A stretch of DNA of 64,000 nucleotides from positions 44,192,001 to 44,256,000 of the forward strand of contig CP068257.2 of NCBI GenBank assembly GCA_009914755.4, read 5' to 3'. The notes under the pieces are model-generated. The model was not told the DNA's origin and searched no databases. It saw only the letters and a program-made list of their open reading frames with translations. Positions within the stretch are counted from its first letter, which is position 1; every line of letters begins with the position of its first letter. This DNA comes from the human T2T-CHM13v2.0 reference genome, Homo sapiens. Below are positions 1 through 13,690 of this stretch, in pieces. The position numbers and the translations under genes were made by a program.

Positions 1-1975
1 ATGTATTTGCTCTTCTCCCAAGAACACACAGTCTAATTTTGATCCTCTTTACAGACGGGATGAAGGGCATGTTCATCAAGTAAGCGGATGCAGGTGCAGA
101 GACCACACCTGGCACGACACTGCCGTTGGGCACCCCAAGGCCGAGGCCGGCAGCCACTGTTGTCCCCAGAGTCCATCTGGTTTCTAGAGTGGAAAATGGA
201 AAGGGGTCAAACCGCCCACGCAGCCCTGAAGTCCTTGATGGTAGTGTAGATTCTACAGTCTTCCCCAGGTGCTATCTTGGCTGAGGTGGGGAAGGCTCCT
301 GGGGACTGTACTTGGCCTTTTCTGCCTTAATATCCTGCTCAAGGCCGGGGCCAGAGGGCTTGTCTGGCAGCTGCTGGGCGCCTCTGTCCAGTGCTGTACC
401 AGAACGTCTAGCAGATGGGTGTGCGGGCACAGGGCCTCTGCCAGATGGACTCGGGCCAAGCTCCGTCTGTCATGTTAATTGTGGGTCCATGATGGTGTCT
501 GAGTCCCCTGGAGTGGGCAGGAGCTCAGGCCCCAGACCCAGCCATTGTCTGAAGGTCCAGGGCCTGGCCACTCACTCTGCCCATCATGCTGTCACTCCAG
601 GCAGTTACTCAGGCCCGCTGGGGAAGGTGGGGTGAATGTTTGCTCTACACCGCAGGACTGTTGCGGGTCTTCCCTGGAGACTGGGTCTCCGTTTCAGCCA
701 CTGGCTCTGACCCATGGACCAGCTCAGACCTCATCTCCTCTGAAGGGAGTGGCGCTGGCCTTTTCCTGGCTCTCGGCTATGTGTGGGATGATGCTGGCCT
801 TCTCCCGGCTGTCAGGTGTTTTTGGTGTGTCCATGTCAAGTGTATCCGCCCTGGGAACACCCAGTCCGGCTGCCATGGCAGTGGGCACCACGGGCCAGCA
901 CACCTTTGCTGCCTGTGAGGTCGTTGCGCCTACCTGGCCCCATGGGCCCCATTTTATCTCGTCGCTTTGCTGTCTGGGAACTTTGTCACCCACGGATAGG
1001 AGTGCCAGGCCCAGGAGGATGTCACGCAGTGTTGGCACTTCAGCTTGGCTGCTGTTCTCCCGCAATCCTTGTGAGGGCCTGTGATGACCCAGGTCAGGAT
1101 AGGACAGGTGGCTTGGGTTCTGCGGGCCACACGGTCTGCAGTGTGCGTGGCCTTGACCTGGTGCTGGAAGGCAGCTGCAGACCACGAGTCAAGGAGGGGG
1201 TGAGACTGTGCTCCGGGGAAACGTGGATTGTGGATATGGGCAGCCAGCGGGGCCTGCAGACCCCTGGGTTAGAGCCAAGCCCCAGAGGCACCTTGGTTTC
1301 TGAGAAGCCAGAGGAGGGAGTTCCTGGGACCTGGGGGATGACCATGGACCTCTGCTGCCACCTCGTGGCAGGGCTGACGTATCTGAGCCACGTCCTTTTC
1401 TCCCGGTTTAGAAATATCCTGGTGGGAGGCGCTTTTTCATCCTTGCAGCAGACAGGCAGCTCTGTTGGCCACACGATCTGGGCTGTGTGCCCCGCCTTCA
1501 GCAGAGGCCCTCAGGACCCTGCGGGATACAGCCTCGAGAGGACAGAGCCTCAGACTCTGAAGGCCACAGCAGTGATAGCACACCTGTGTCTGAGGAGTGC
1601 GTTCTGAGAGGAGACCCGGCCCCTCGTCCTTGTCCATCCATGTGGCTTCTGCAAAGCACCCTTGTCTTGCAGAGCCAGCGAGCCTGGCGTTGTGACCTGG
1701 GCTAACTTGGTACCTTTTCTCTTTTTAGAGGCAGAATCCTTTCTTGAGAACAGCATCTTTCAACTCTTGACCTGCTCCCCCTTCCCGGTTCCCACTTTTT
1801 GCCTGGCAGGCTGGGAGGGACCCCCTCTCCTGTGCAGCCTCTCCCTAATCCTGGATTCCGCAGGGGCTCCAAGACCCTCAGGGTCGCCAGTGACTCCTGG
1901 GTCACACTGGCCCAGCACACACTGAGCTCCAGCCTGATGTCCAGCCCAGGAGGTCCTCAACTGAGGTCCAGTACC

Positions 1976-2219
1976 CCCCTGCACCACGCTGTGGGCCCCG
2001 CACCCTCCCCCAACTCTTTTCTACAACACTCTTCCCCCTGCACCGTGCTGTGGGCCCCGCACCTTCCCCCAACTCTTTTCTAGAACACTCTTCCCCCTGC
2101 ACCACGCTGTGGGCCCTGTGCCTTCCCCTAACTCATTTCTAGAATACTCTTCCCTGCCTGCACCCTGCTGTGGGCCCCGCCCCCTCCCCTAACTCATTTC
2201 TAGAACTCTCTTCCTCACC
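1976..2219. repeat. Minisatellite, about 4 tandem copies of a 59-61 bp unit (cccctgcaccacgctgtgggccccgcaccctcccccaactcttttctacaacactcttc)
   Basis: Successive ctgcacc motifs at 1979, 2038, 2097 and 2158 give a 59-61 bp period; the copies are near-identical with a few substitutions. Confidence 0.85.
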
Positions 2220-3105
2220 TGTCTCCCTGGTTCTTGTTCTGGCTTCTCCACGGGACCCTCCTGTCCTCCCGTGTGATGCTGACTGCTCGTGACATGTTGC
2301 AGCCTGTCTCTGCTCCCTTCCCTGCTCTTGTCACTTCTTGCTGGTGCTCTGTGGCTGTCATGCAGACTGGGGTTGGGGTTCTGTTCCCTCTACTGTACTG
2401 GAGCTCCAGGTCATGGGAGGCAGCAGAGCCCAGCCCTGGCCCTTCGAGCTTCCGTCCTGCAAGCACCGGCAGTGTCAGGGAGGCACCGCCCAGGGGAGGC
2501 TCCTCCTTAGGGTGCATTGTCACTCGGCGTTTCCGACACCTGCTCTCATCATTTTCCTACCTTCTCTTTCCTGACAACTTAGATATTTATCAGACCCCAA
2601 AATCATGAGCCTTGAGAAATGATATTCCACATGCTCATCCTCTGGAGGACACCTGGAACTGAGCTTGCTTCCCTGCTCACCCTGGGAAGTGGTTTCACAA
2701 TGTCCCTCAACGTGTGACTATCACCCATAGCCTCCGGTATCTCTCTGTGTTCAGTGTGAGGCCATTTGCTCGTTTGACCCTTTTGAAGGTCAGGAGAAGC
2801 TGGCAGGACTCCTGCAGGCACAGGCACCGGCACCGTCATCCTGGGAGCCATCGGGGTCCTCAGCCCCCACTGCAGCCTGAGCCTTTCCTCTGGCCACACT
2901 GTCCATTTCTTTAGCTCCTCTTTTGCCTTTTCTGGGGCCTTCTCCGGTGTTCTGCGTTCTTTTAAATGTTTCATGGTTAAAACTGGACACATCCCCCAAG
3001 AAGCTATAAATCAACCATAGCAAGAACTGATCTCTTTCCAGGTGACTATAAAAATGATTTTTTAAAAATGGTTCTTTAAAAATTGTCAGTTAAGCAGATA
3101 ACAGA

Positions 3106-3358
3106 CCCAAGACAGGGCCAGGAGAGTGAGGGGCGGATATGGCATGGGACAGGGTTAGGAGAGCAAGGGGTGGACCTGGCATGGGACAGGATTAGGAGAG
3201 CAAGGGGCGGACCCAGCACAGGATAGGGCCAGGAGAGCAAGGGGCGGACCCGGCATGGGACAGGGTTAGGAGAGTGAGGGGCGGACCCAGCAGGGGACAG
3301 GGTTAGGAGAGTGAGGGACAGGGTTAGGTGCACGAGGGGCAGACCTGGCACAGGACAC
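3106..3358. repeat. Minisatellite, about 6.5 copies of a 37 bp G-rich unit (gggacagggttaggagagcaaggggyggacccrgcat)
   Basis: The aggagag motif recurs at 3120, 3157, 3194, 3231, 3268 and 3305, an exact 37 bp period. Confidence 0.9.
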
Positions 3359-4324
3359 ACCCATCTTGGTTGTGAGTTTCTGACTCTTCTTGGTTTTGGT
3401 GACCTTGACTGTCCTGAGCAGGACTAATCAGGCATTTTTCAGGCTATCCCTCTGCTGGGATCTGTCTGATGCTTTTCTCATGGGTACAGGAAGGGGCTAT
3501 GAGTTTGAGGAGGAAGCCCCCAGAGGTGAAGTACCACTGTCACCCCATGGTATCGGGCACACCCTGTCACTGTGACTCACATGTGAGGCTGACCTGGGCC
3601 CTAGCGGGGGGTAAGGTCTTCCCCCTCCATGCTGTCCTCTTATAGGACATCGGTCTGTGCAACCTAAGGGTGAGATAAGATTGTAGTTTTATTCAACTCT
3701 TACTTTTAAAATTTTACAAGGACTCACATTGGCGTAGTGGGTGAGATTAGAATTAGACTTTTTAACTTTCTGGCCTAAAACTGATTGTACTGGCACCTTT
3801 TGTGAAATGACCTCTGCAGTCCCCATGACCCCTCAGGTCAGTCACCTCTGTTCCCTGCATGTCGTCCTCCCCAGCGCCCGCTGGCATGGCTGCTCTGCTG
3901 TGCCAGGAACACAGGGTTTCAGAGTTTCAGAAAACGTCGGCCTTAATTCCTTCAGGGGACCTTCCACACTGTGCAGCTCCAGGAGAAGTCCTGCTGGGGA
4001 TTCGGTTGAGGTGGTGTCTGGTCTCTTCATGAGTGGAAAGTGCAGCCGTTTAACCCCCTTGACCTCCCACCCCAGGCGTGGACTTTCCGCTGTGCAGATT
4101 CCCTTTCATGTCCCGCAGAACCACGCGTGTCCGTTCTTCTGAGAGTTTTTTCCTGGTCCTCACACAGTGTGTGGGCTTGGCATGGGCTGCGATCTTTGGC
4201 TCTGTGATTCACTGACTCACCCAAAGGGGTGGCCGACGGGTTCCTGCAGGGCAGCTGTGGCAATTCAGGGCCCATGGGCCTGGGTTCAGGGATGCTCCTC
4301 AAAGAGTGTGGCAAAGGACCCCAG

Positions 4325-4656
<332 letters not shown>

Positions 4657-6603
4657 TGTTTGTTTCTTTTAAATAAATGCTTCTCAATTTATAATGTGTC
4701 TTTAGTTGATTTCCAGCATCCTAAAGTGGCTATTTTTGATGGTTTCATCCCATTTGTCATTGTCTTGGGCAGGGGATGTGCTGAGCCCCTCACTCTGCCT
4801 CCTGGGAGTCCTGCCTCCTGCATCATTTCTCTCGGACACTCAGGACAAGTCTAAGGATCACATCACTGCCCTCAGGTGCAAGTCCCTTTCCAGAGCACAT
4901 GTGCTTTTAGAACACTCCGAGTTTTGCTGTGTTTTAGATCTCATTCCCTTCTTTTTCTACATTTGTTCCATTGTCTAACTAAGAGACTCAGGGCATCAGG
5001 CAAGTCATGTCAGAAAGGTTGGCTTTAGAAGCCACATCCCAGAATTCCTAAACTTAATCATGGAAGGAGGGGGCAGACTGACAACGCATTCCCTATGTCC
5101 TCTAAAGAGATTTCTCCCGTTGGGATTGCTTTATCCCCAGAGGTGTGCTGTAGAACCAGCCTGTGTTCACAGTAAATCTCTGCTTCCGCAACAGCGGTGA
5201 GCTCTCAGCCCTCCCTGCCCTGGTCTTGTCTCTAGGGCCTGTGGGTCTTTGTGGACTGATGGTGTGGGTGGGTTTCTGAGGGTCTGCATGGACTCATGGT
5301 GTGGATGGGTTTCTGAGGGTGTTGGTAGCAGTAACGGTTCCACATGATGAAACCCAGATGGCTGCTCCCCACTGTGCATCCACCCGGATTCACCCGCTGC
5401 TTTGCTGGCTGATGTCTACAAGGACATAGATGGCCTGCATCTGGCGGGGGCTGCAGGAAAGCTGGCAGGACATGGGGCCATTAGAAGAGGTGTGAGACTG
5501 TCATCAGCAGTAAAAAGTGGAACAGCCCAGGGAGCCCTCTTGTGAGTTTATGGCTTAAAGTCCAAGTACAACTTCGTTTGAAAGAAATGCCTTCCTCCTG
5601 AGAAAACATTGACAAGCCTGCAAGCCCTGCACCCTGCAGGTGGGCAGCTGCAGAGAAGGGGCACCCTGGTACCTGGCAGGGGGCCTCAGCCCTGGCCTGC
5701 ATACAGCAGGTGTCCCTGCATTGGCTCTGAGCTTGTGCCACACAGGAGGTAGCTGTGATGCCAAGCCCTTGCTCTGAGGTTCTAATTGCTGTGGTCTTGG
5801 TGGTTCAGGGATGTTTGCGAGCTCCTGAGTGACTCCGAAGTAAAAGCAAGGCTAGGTCACCACAGAATCTAGATGACATTCTCAGCGCCTTCCTGGGAGT
5901 AAGTGGCTGCCTCGGCCACTGCTGCCTGTCTGCATGGCTGCTCTGTGGAGCCTGGCCCTCCTCCCTGATCGTCATCTCTTAGGAAATGAGGCAAGGGAGA
6001 GTGTCCCCGCCGCCGTGGAGAGCCCAGGACCTGAGCGCTCAGCTGGCCCTCCTGTGTGACCCGTGTCCTGCCTGCCGCCCAGCACCCTTCTGTCTTGTCC
6101 CTCAACCCATGGCTGGTGATTTTGGGAGGGGTCTGCCACTCCTGGCGGCTCAACAGGCTCCTCCCTCCCAGTTGGCAGATCAGTGTCACCGTGGATGAGT
6201 TTCCTTCAGATTGTTTTTCTGTATTAGACGGAGGAAACCCTTTCTTATTTTTCAGGGCTCATATAGATCATTATTTCTTTTTGCATCTCAGTAGGAATTC
6301 TGCAATTCAGTAGGGAAATGCTGGAAACTGGGAGGAGGGAAGACTCCTCACTTTGTCTGGGGAGGGGAAGTTCTCTCAGGCAGGGCATCGAGGTTGCCCC
6401 AGCAGAGGTGGGGTTGGTGGTGGGACGTGGGGGCGCATGTGGAATCTTTCACAGGGAGGGATTCAGTGCATACAGTGACATGGAAATAAATCCAAATGAC
6501 TTTTTCCTTATTTTAACTATTAGTATTAAAATACATTTACTTCCAAGTTACTACCTATGAAAGAAAAAAATATATAACTAAAGAGGAAAGAAAAAAGCAG
6601 TGA

Positions 6604-6893
<290 letters not shown>

Positions 6894-9800
6894 TTAAATA
6901 AAGCAGTGAGAATGAGACAAGTCCAGGTGTCATGTTACCTCAATGCATTTGAACGGTTCAACTTTCCTGTTAAAAGACAGGCACAAGAGCTGCTCTGATC
7001 CACATAACGCAGGTGAATGTGAGGATAACTACACTCAGTGAAAGAAGCTTGACATGAATGAGTCTAAACTCTGATTTCACGCATGCAAAATTCTAGGTGT
7101 GTGAAGTACTCTGTGGTGACGTGAAGCAGATGCGTGGCCTTCAGCTTTTAGGAGGATGGAGTCAGGGTGCCTTCCCTGTCCTCCCCACCAGGCATGACAA
7201 AGGTGCTGGGTATTTTATATAAAACATGCATAAAAGATTCTGAAAGGTGGGAAGAAGAAGGCCAGCCAGCCACATACCTCAGGACCCATGGGACGACATG
7301 GTGGTGAGTTCCCTGGGTCATTTGTTCCAGATGGGGCACTGGACAAGTCAGAAAACTGGAAACGCCAGTGGGTACAGGCAAAAAGCAAACAAGAAAATAA
7401 AATTCTAACAAACTCTGTTCTCTCTAACCAGAGGAGGAGGAAAGGGGCAGCCTAGCCGGACAGAACAAAACGTGCTCTGCCTTGGCCAGACCTCCCCAAA
7501 ACTGTGGCCACAGCCTCCCCCGAGTCAGGAAAGGCCAAGTGGAGAGTTGAGGCTTCTGCTTGTACCCACCCGTGTCAAGGTGCTCCAGTCCACACCATGG
7601 GGGCATCAAGGAGGCTGACAGGGACACGTACTCCCAGCTGAGCCAGGGAGCATCAGGGAGGCTGATGGGGACATGTACTCCCAGCTGAGCCAGGCTCTCA
7701 AGAGCGCTCCCCACTCCCGCGTCCCTGGGGACCACACGGGGACTGGAGCTCCCTACCTGCTCAGGATCTCCTTCCCATTTGGGCATCAGCTGAGGGACAA
7801 GGAGCCCTTCCCATCTGGGCATCAGCTGAGGCCAGGGGCGGAACCTAGATGCCTCTTCTAACCTGGCGGCAATGAGGCAGCACACCTCTGCCCCCGCTGC
7901 GATGGTGTCGGAGGAGGCCGGTGAAAATGAGATAAAAGAAGATCTGGACATGATCATCACGTCACATCACATGGCCAGGTTTCAACTGCAGGTCCTCACA
8001 CACGCCAAGAACCAGGAAGACTCCAGTTCAGCTGACAAAAGGCAATCGACAGACACCAACACCAACACCCAGATGACATGGGCACCGAAGTTACCCAACA
8101 GGGCTTTTAAAAAAGACATCATAAAGATGCTTCAGTGAGCCGTCACCAGCTCTACACAGTGAGGAAGTGGAAAGTCTCAGCCAAGCGAAGACGGAGGGCC
8201 AACCAAGTCGAGGTTTCAGAACTGAAAGTACAGCCACCAGAATTTAGAAATTCACATTGTACACTGTGATGTATGCAGTTTTATGTACATCAGTTACATC
8301 TCAGCCAAGCTGTTAATAAGCAGAACTCAGGGTCCCAGGGAAGTCCAAGGACTCACTCTTCATGAGACCTCAATTAAAAGACCCAGAAAGTTTAAAATGA
8401 AAGAGATGGAGGAGTTGCCAGATTCATACCAACAGGAGAAAGAAAATTTGGAACTAACCTGGCCAGGAAAGTGGGCTGAGACTTTGTGCTGCTGGTGCTG
8501 CTGTCTGGGAAGGAGGCAGAGCAGCTCTGAGGGGCTTGGGGAGGCTGTAGTAATGAAAGGTCCTCAGATGCCAGTGGCTGATACATAGACAAGTTTATTT
8601 CCTGTTCACCTGTGTCAGCTGTGGCTCTTGTCTTCAACCCCTTCCCAAGCAACTAGTGCAGTCCCCATCTGGAGTGTCGCTGGTGTTGGAGCAGAGCAGT
8701 GAGAGCACAGACAACCACCCGCAGGACGGGAGTTATTCTTCCCACAAGAGACGCCAACTGGCCAAGACTTCAGGGGGTGGGAAGTGTAGGCCTCTCCCAG
8801 GGACAGGCAGTGAATATGCATGAGCAGTAATTCAGTCACCATCATTTGCCCTTCTGGTCACAAATATTTGCTTCCCAGCTTTCCCCATGCAAAATAAACC
8901 CTACCCAAGGAAGATGGCCCCAAAGTCTGGTCCCTTCATGGCACCAGGCTTAATGCCCAGACTCTTAATACGGTGAGTTACTCTCGCTCTGGATCTGCCC
9001 CCTCGTGCTCTGGAAACCTGAGCCGAGAAGCTGCCCACTGCCCTCCCACCCCAGTATACATGGGTGGGATCAGTTCGCAACAACTTGAACCAGCCGCACT
9101 TTCCAGTGGAGCTGAAATGGGAAATGCTGGGCACTCCTGCAGCCCAGCCCTGCTGAAAGTCTGCTGGGCACATGCAGGAGCCTCCCCGCAGGCTGGGAGT
9201 CCCTCCCGTCCTCCATCCCTGTCATTCCTGTATCCTCTGGAGCAGGTGCCGGCATTTCCATGAAAGGCGGATGGTAAATACTCAGGCTGGGTGGGCTCTG
9301 TGCTGTGTGTCCGTTGTGTGCAACTCAAAGGTGCCTGCTCGGCTTTCCTCCTTGGCCACAGGGAAGTGGGCCTGGGAGAGTGTGTGTCCCTGGAGGCAGA
9401 GTGGCCTCTCCGCCCCGCAGCCCGTCGCACGCTTGACTTCTGGTCCCTCAGGAGGCAGCCTGCTCTGAGTACCCACGGTCATGCCCAGGCTCCTTTGGGG
9501 GCTGGATGGAGGAGCTCCACCTCTGTCCCCGTGCCCCCTAGCAGCTCTGCCCAACTGGAAGCCTTGTGCCAGCGGTGTGGACAGAAGGTGTTGTGTCTGA
9601 CTTGTGTCTTCCCACATTTCACAGGTCGAACTTACCAGGTGAAGCTGGATTACTTCCCGGCCTCCTTATAATGGAAAGAGCCAGTGTAGGAGCTGGGACA
9701 GGGATGGAAGGGCCATTGGCCGAGTTTGAGATGGCATTTCACAACTCCAGGGTGCCACGGTTTCACAACTCCAGAGCAGGGGTATAAGCCTGTCCTCTGC

Positions 9801-11848
9801 TGCTCTGGGCCAGGGCTCTGGATGGGCCCCACGTGGTGGGGGCCTTCAGATTCTCTGAGATTCAAAGCTCTTTGGAGAGAGGACACTTTGCTGGGGAGAA
9901 GGTGCGTGGTCCATTTCTCCAGGAGTCCGTGGCTTCTGCAATTGTGAGCTGCTGTCCTCATCGAACACCCTCAGCACACTGGCATAGCTCCCTGCACAGG
10001 GAGCCCGGGACCAGGCAGAGGGTGCTGGGCAGAACCCCTTCCCGCTGGGCCTCTCTTTGGCATTCCTCCTCTCTCTCCTCGGCATTCCTTCTCTGGGCCT
10101 GGCTTTAGAGTGTCCCAGTGTCTCTTGCAGTGTTTTCTGAACATTTTGTGGCCTAGCGGTACCGGGACGGTTCTTTTAGACACTCGTAAGAAGCCAAGCC
10201 ACAGGAAGCTACTTTCCTTGTGCAAATCCTGGGTTACTGGGTTTCCTCACCCCAGACCCCACCTGAAGAGCAAAGTTCTGAAGGACAAGTGGCTGTTAAT
10301 GCCGTGCAGCTGGCTACACCCGGTGCGAAGGGAATCCCCGCTGTTCCTCCACAGGCTGCCCAGGCACCCTGCAGGGCCCTCCCCACCTGCCCCCCAGGCT
10401 CATACATTTGTCCCACTTGAAGCGGGGAGGCCTGGTTCCCCTGACATTCTGCTGCCAGGAAGATGCAGCTCTAGGGCAGTGCAGGCATGTTCTTCAAGTG
10501 GGCCCTCATCCTGGCAATCTCACCATGCCATGGCAACTGCCAGTAACCTCAGCTTTCACCCACCAGCCTGAGACCAGCTTCTGCTGCCCTGCTGCGATCG
10601 CTGTGGTCTCCACCTTAGTTTGGGGCCTGCCTGCTCAGCAGGGTAGTGGCCTCCCTGGGCCTCCAAGAGCCATGTTTCCCTAGGCAAGTAGGAGGCTGTG
10701 GCCCCAAGGGGATGGAGGAAGCCTTCCCCTGACCCTTTTGGGGGCATGCAGTACATGTGGGCCCTGCAACCCTAGACCAGTCTCCAGGCAGGGCAAATGG
10801 CCCCTCTGTGCCCCATAGCCTCGTCCTAACATACGTGCAAATGTGCACTGTGGAGACCACTCCTGCCCCTACCCTGGGAGCCTGAGCCCCACCAACGGCA
10901 CTGGCTCTGCAGGGAGCCCCTCTTTCCTGCACAGTGCAGGCATCTCCTCTTAGGCCGCTCCTCTGAGCCCCTCCATGGGAGGATCGTGAACACATAGCCT
11001 TTCAGAGGCCTCTATAATGCGCCGAGCAGTTGTGTCACTGAACGTGAAGAGGAGACCTGCCAGACTATGGACAGCAGGCTCGCTGGGAGAGCAGGGTGGA
11101 GTGAGGCCACTGACGCGGGAGCCCTGCTGTGGGGGGTGTGTGCGCATGCTCAGCACAGCCTAGGGCAGGGCTTCTAGTGCAGGCAGCGCAGCACCTGGCT
11201 CTGGAGGCCAGTGAAGGGAGGGAAGAAAGCCTGGACCAGGAGGACACCAAGGACTGCCCCTGGGACAGCAGCCGCCCCTTTCCACCCCTTCCCCACTGCC
11301 TGGGTTGGTGAAATGGTAGAAGCTCTTCTCTAATTAAATGCTCATCCTTACGTAAATCATAGCTTTAATAAATTAATCAATGGTTTGGGAATTGGGTATA
11401 CGAACATTTATAAGCCAGTATTATGATGCCGAAAATGTTTCATGATGAGGCCTTCCCAGAAAGGCGGGGAATCGAGAGTGACGTAGTCACCCTCCACCTT
11501 TGTCCCTGCTGTCTATGAAGAAGGAGTGCTGTGCCCTCTGCCCTCCTCTCCCGGGCTCTTGGCAGCTTCCCGGCCGGCAGCAGTCCCCACGCTGCCCAGG
11601 CGGAGCAGCCCCTCTGCCCCCCACTCTGGAGCTGAAGCCAGTTTTCTCAACGAGTGTCTCTGGAGTCTGTCCTGCCCTCCTGCTGGCTTGTTCTTCTCTC
11701 CTGGCCTCAAGGAAAGGCCTCCTGACTTGCCTCCCTGCAGCTGGCTCTGCTCCGAGGGCCCTGATCACAGGCTCACTGAGGTGTCTGTCCAGGCCATGAG
11801 GCTGGCTAGCTCCAGGCAGATCCTCCGCTCACTCCTCGGGGCGGCGCC

Positions 11849-12040
11849 GGCTGTCTCTACAAAAAAATATAAAAATTAGCTGGGTGTGTGGCATGCGCCT
11901 GTAATCCAAACTACCTAGCAGGCTGAGGTGGGAGGATCGCTTGAGCCCAGGAGGTGCAGGTTGGAGTGAGCCAAGATCACGCCACTGCTGTCCAGCCAGG
12001 GCAACAGAGTTAGATGCTGTCTCAAAAAAAAAAAAAAAAT
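11849..12040 (+). mobile_element. Partial Alu, right monomer only
   Basis: ctgtctctacaaaaaaatataaaaattagctgggtgtgtggcatgcgcctgtaatcc...gagccaagatcacgccactgc, ending in a poly-A at 12024-12040. Confidence 0.85.
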
Positions 12041-12313
12041 CAAAACTGATAAACAACTTAGGGAATTAATGGAAGAAAACATGAAAATTTGATGTGCATA
12101 TAGATGGTGAGGTCTGTTGTTGAAAGTTTGGTTCTCAGCAGGATTTTCTAAAGAATTTCATAGCTTTTCAACCTGAATTGTGCTGTATTCCATACACTGG
12201 AAAGCACTGCACTGGTCATGTTACTGGAAGGGGGTCCCGATCCAGACTCCGAGAGAGGGGTCTTGAATCTCACACAAGAAAGAATTCAGGGCAAGTCCAT
12301 AAAGTGAAAGCAA

Positions 12314-12623
<310 letters not shown>

Positions 12624-13328
12624 AAAGCAAGTAGATTAAGAAGGTAAAGGGATAAAGAATGGCTACTTCATACGCAGAGCAGCCCCGAGGGCTGCTGGTG
12701 CCCATTTTTATGGTTCTTGATTGTATACTAAACAAAGGGGGGATTATTCATGAGTGTTCTGGGAAAGGCATGCGCAATTCCTGGAGCTGAGGGGATTTTA
12801 CACCATACGGTAACTTCCTGATGTTGCCATGGCGTTTGTAAACTGTTATGGTGCTGGTGAGAGTGTAGCAGTGAGGACGACCAGAGGTCACGCTCATCTC
12901 CATCTTAGTTTTGGTGGGGTTTGGCCAACTTTTTTACTGCAACCTGTTTTATCAGCAGGGTCTTTATGACCCTGTATCTTGTGCTGACCGCCTATCTCAT
13001 CCCAAGACTTAGAATGCTTAACCATCTGGGAATGCAGCCCAACAGGTCTCAGCCTTATTTTACCCAGCCCTTACTCAAGATGTAGTCACTCTGCCAAACG
13101 CCTCTGAGTGTCAGAACTTCAGCTTTGGGAAATTGACCATTCTCAGCTGTGCAGCCACCCCGGGACCCCACACCTACATCATGTTGACAATAAGTCCCAC
13201 CCCCGTGGCCCCGTGCTGACCTCGTGTTCTCCAGTGAGTGAGTCGTGGCTTCCTCCTGACATTGAGCACTCCTGGGAGCAAGAGAAGAAACAAATTTGGC
13301 AGATGGAGCTTAACAAATGCAGCTGTAT

Positions 13329-13690
13329 TAGTTCGTTTTCACACTGCTATAAAGACATACCCAAGATTGGGTAATTTATAAAGGAAAGAGGTTTAATTGA
13401 CTCATAGTTCCACATGGCTGGGGAGGCCTCAGGAAACTTAGAATCATGACAGAAGCCAAAGGGGAAGCAAGCACCTTCTTCACAAGGCGGCAGGAGAGAG
13501 AAGTGTGGGCGAAGGAGGAACTTGCCAGACAAAACCATCAGATCTCGTGAGAACTCGCTATCATGAGAACGGTATGGTGGAAACTGCCCCCATGATCCAA
13601 TCACCTCCCGCCAGGTCCCTCAACACGTGGGGATTGTGGGAATTACAATTCAAGATGAGATTTGGGTGGAGACACAGCCAAACCATATCA
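13329..13690 (-). mobile_element. THE1-type MaLR solo LTR
   Basis: Reverse complement of the THE1 consensus over about 360 bp: tgtattagttcgttttcacactgctataaagacatacccaag...ccacatggctggggaggcctcaggaaacttagaatcatgacagaag...ccatgatccaatcacctcccgccaggtccctc...gggaattacaattcaagatgagatttgggtggagacacagccaaaccatatca. Confidence 0.85.

Noticed and set aside
816-1607. 263 aa ORF on the + strand, the longest in the track
   Set aside because: The region is GC-rich, where stop codons are rare by chance; the peptide is low-complexity and Pro/Arg/Gly-rich with no recognisable motif, no splice-site-bounded exon structure and no Kozak start. I cannot exclude it without blastx, but I judge it spurious.
7895-8200. 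A-rich segment (gaaaatgagataaaagaagatctggacatgatcatcacgtcacatcacatggccagg...) that briefly looked like an L1 ORF1-region fragment
   Set aside because: I could not anchor it to any L1 consensus stretch I can recall with confidence, so I left it unannotated.
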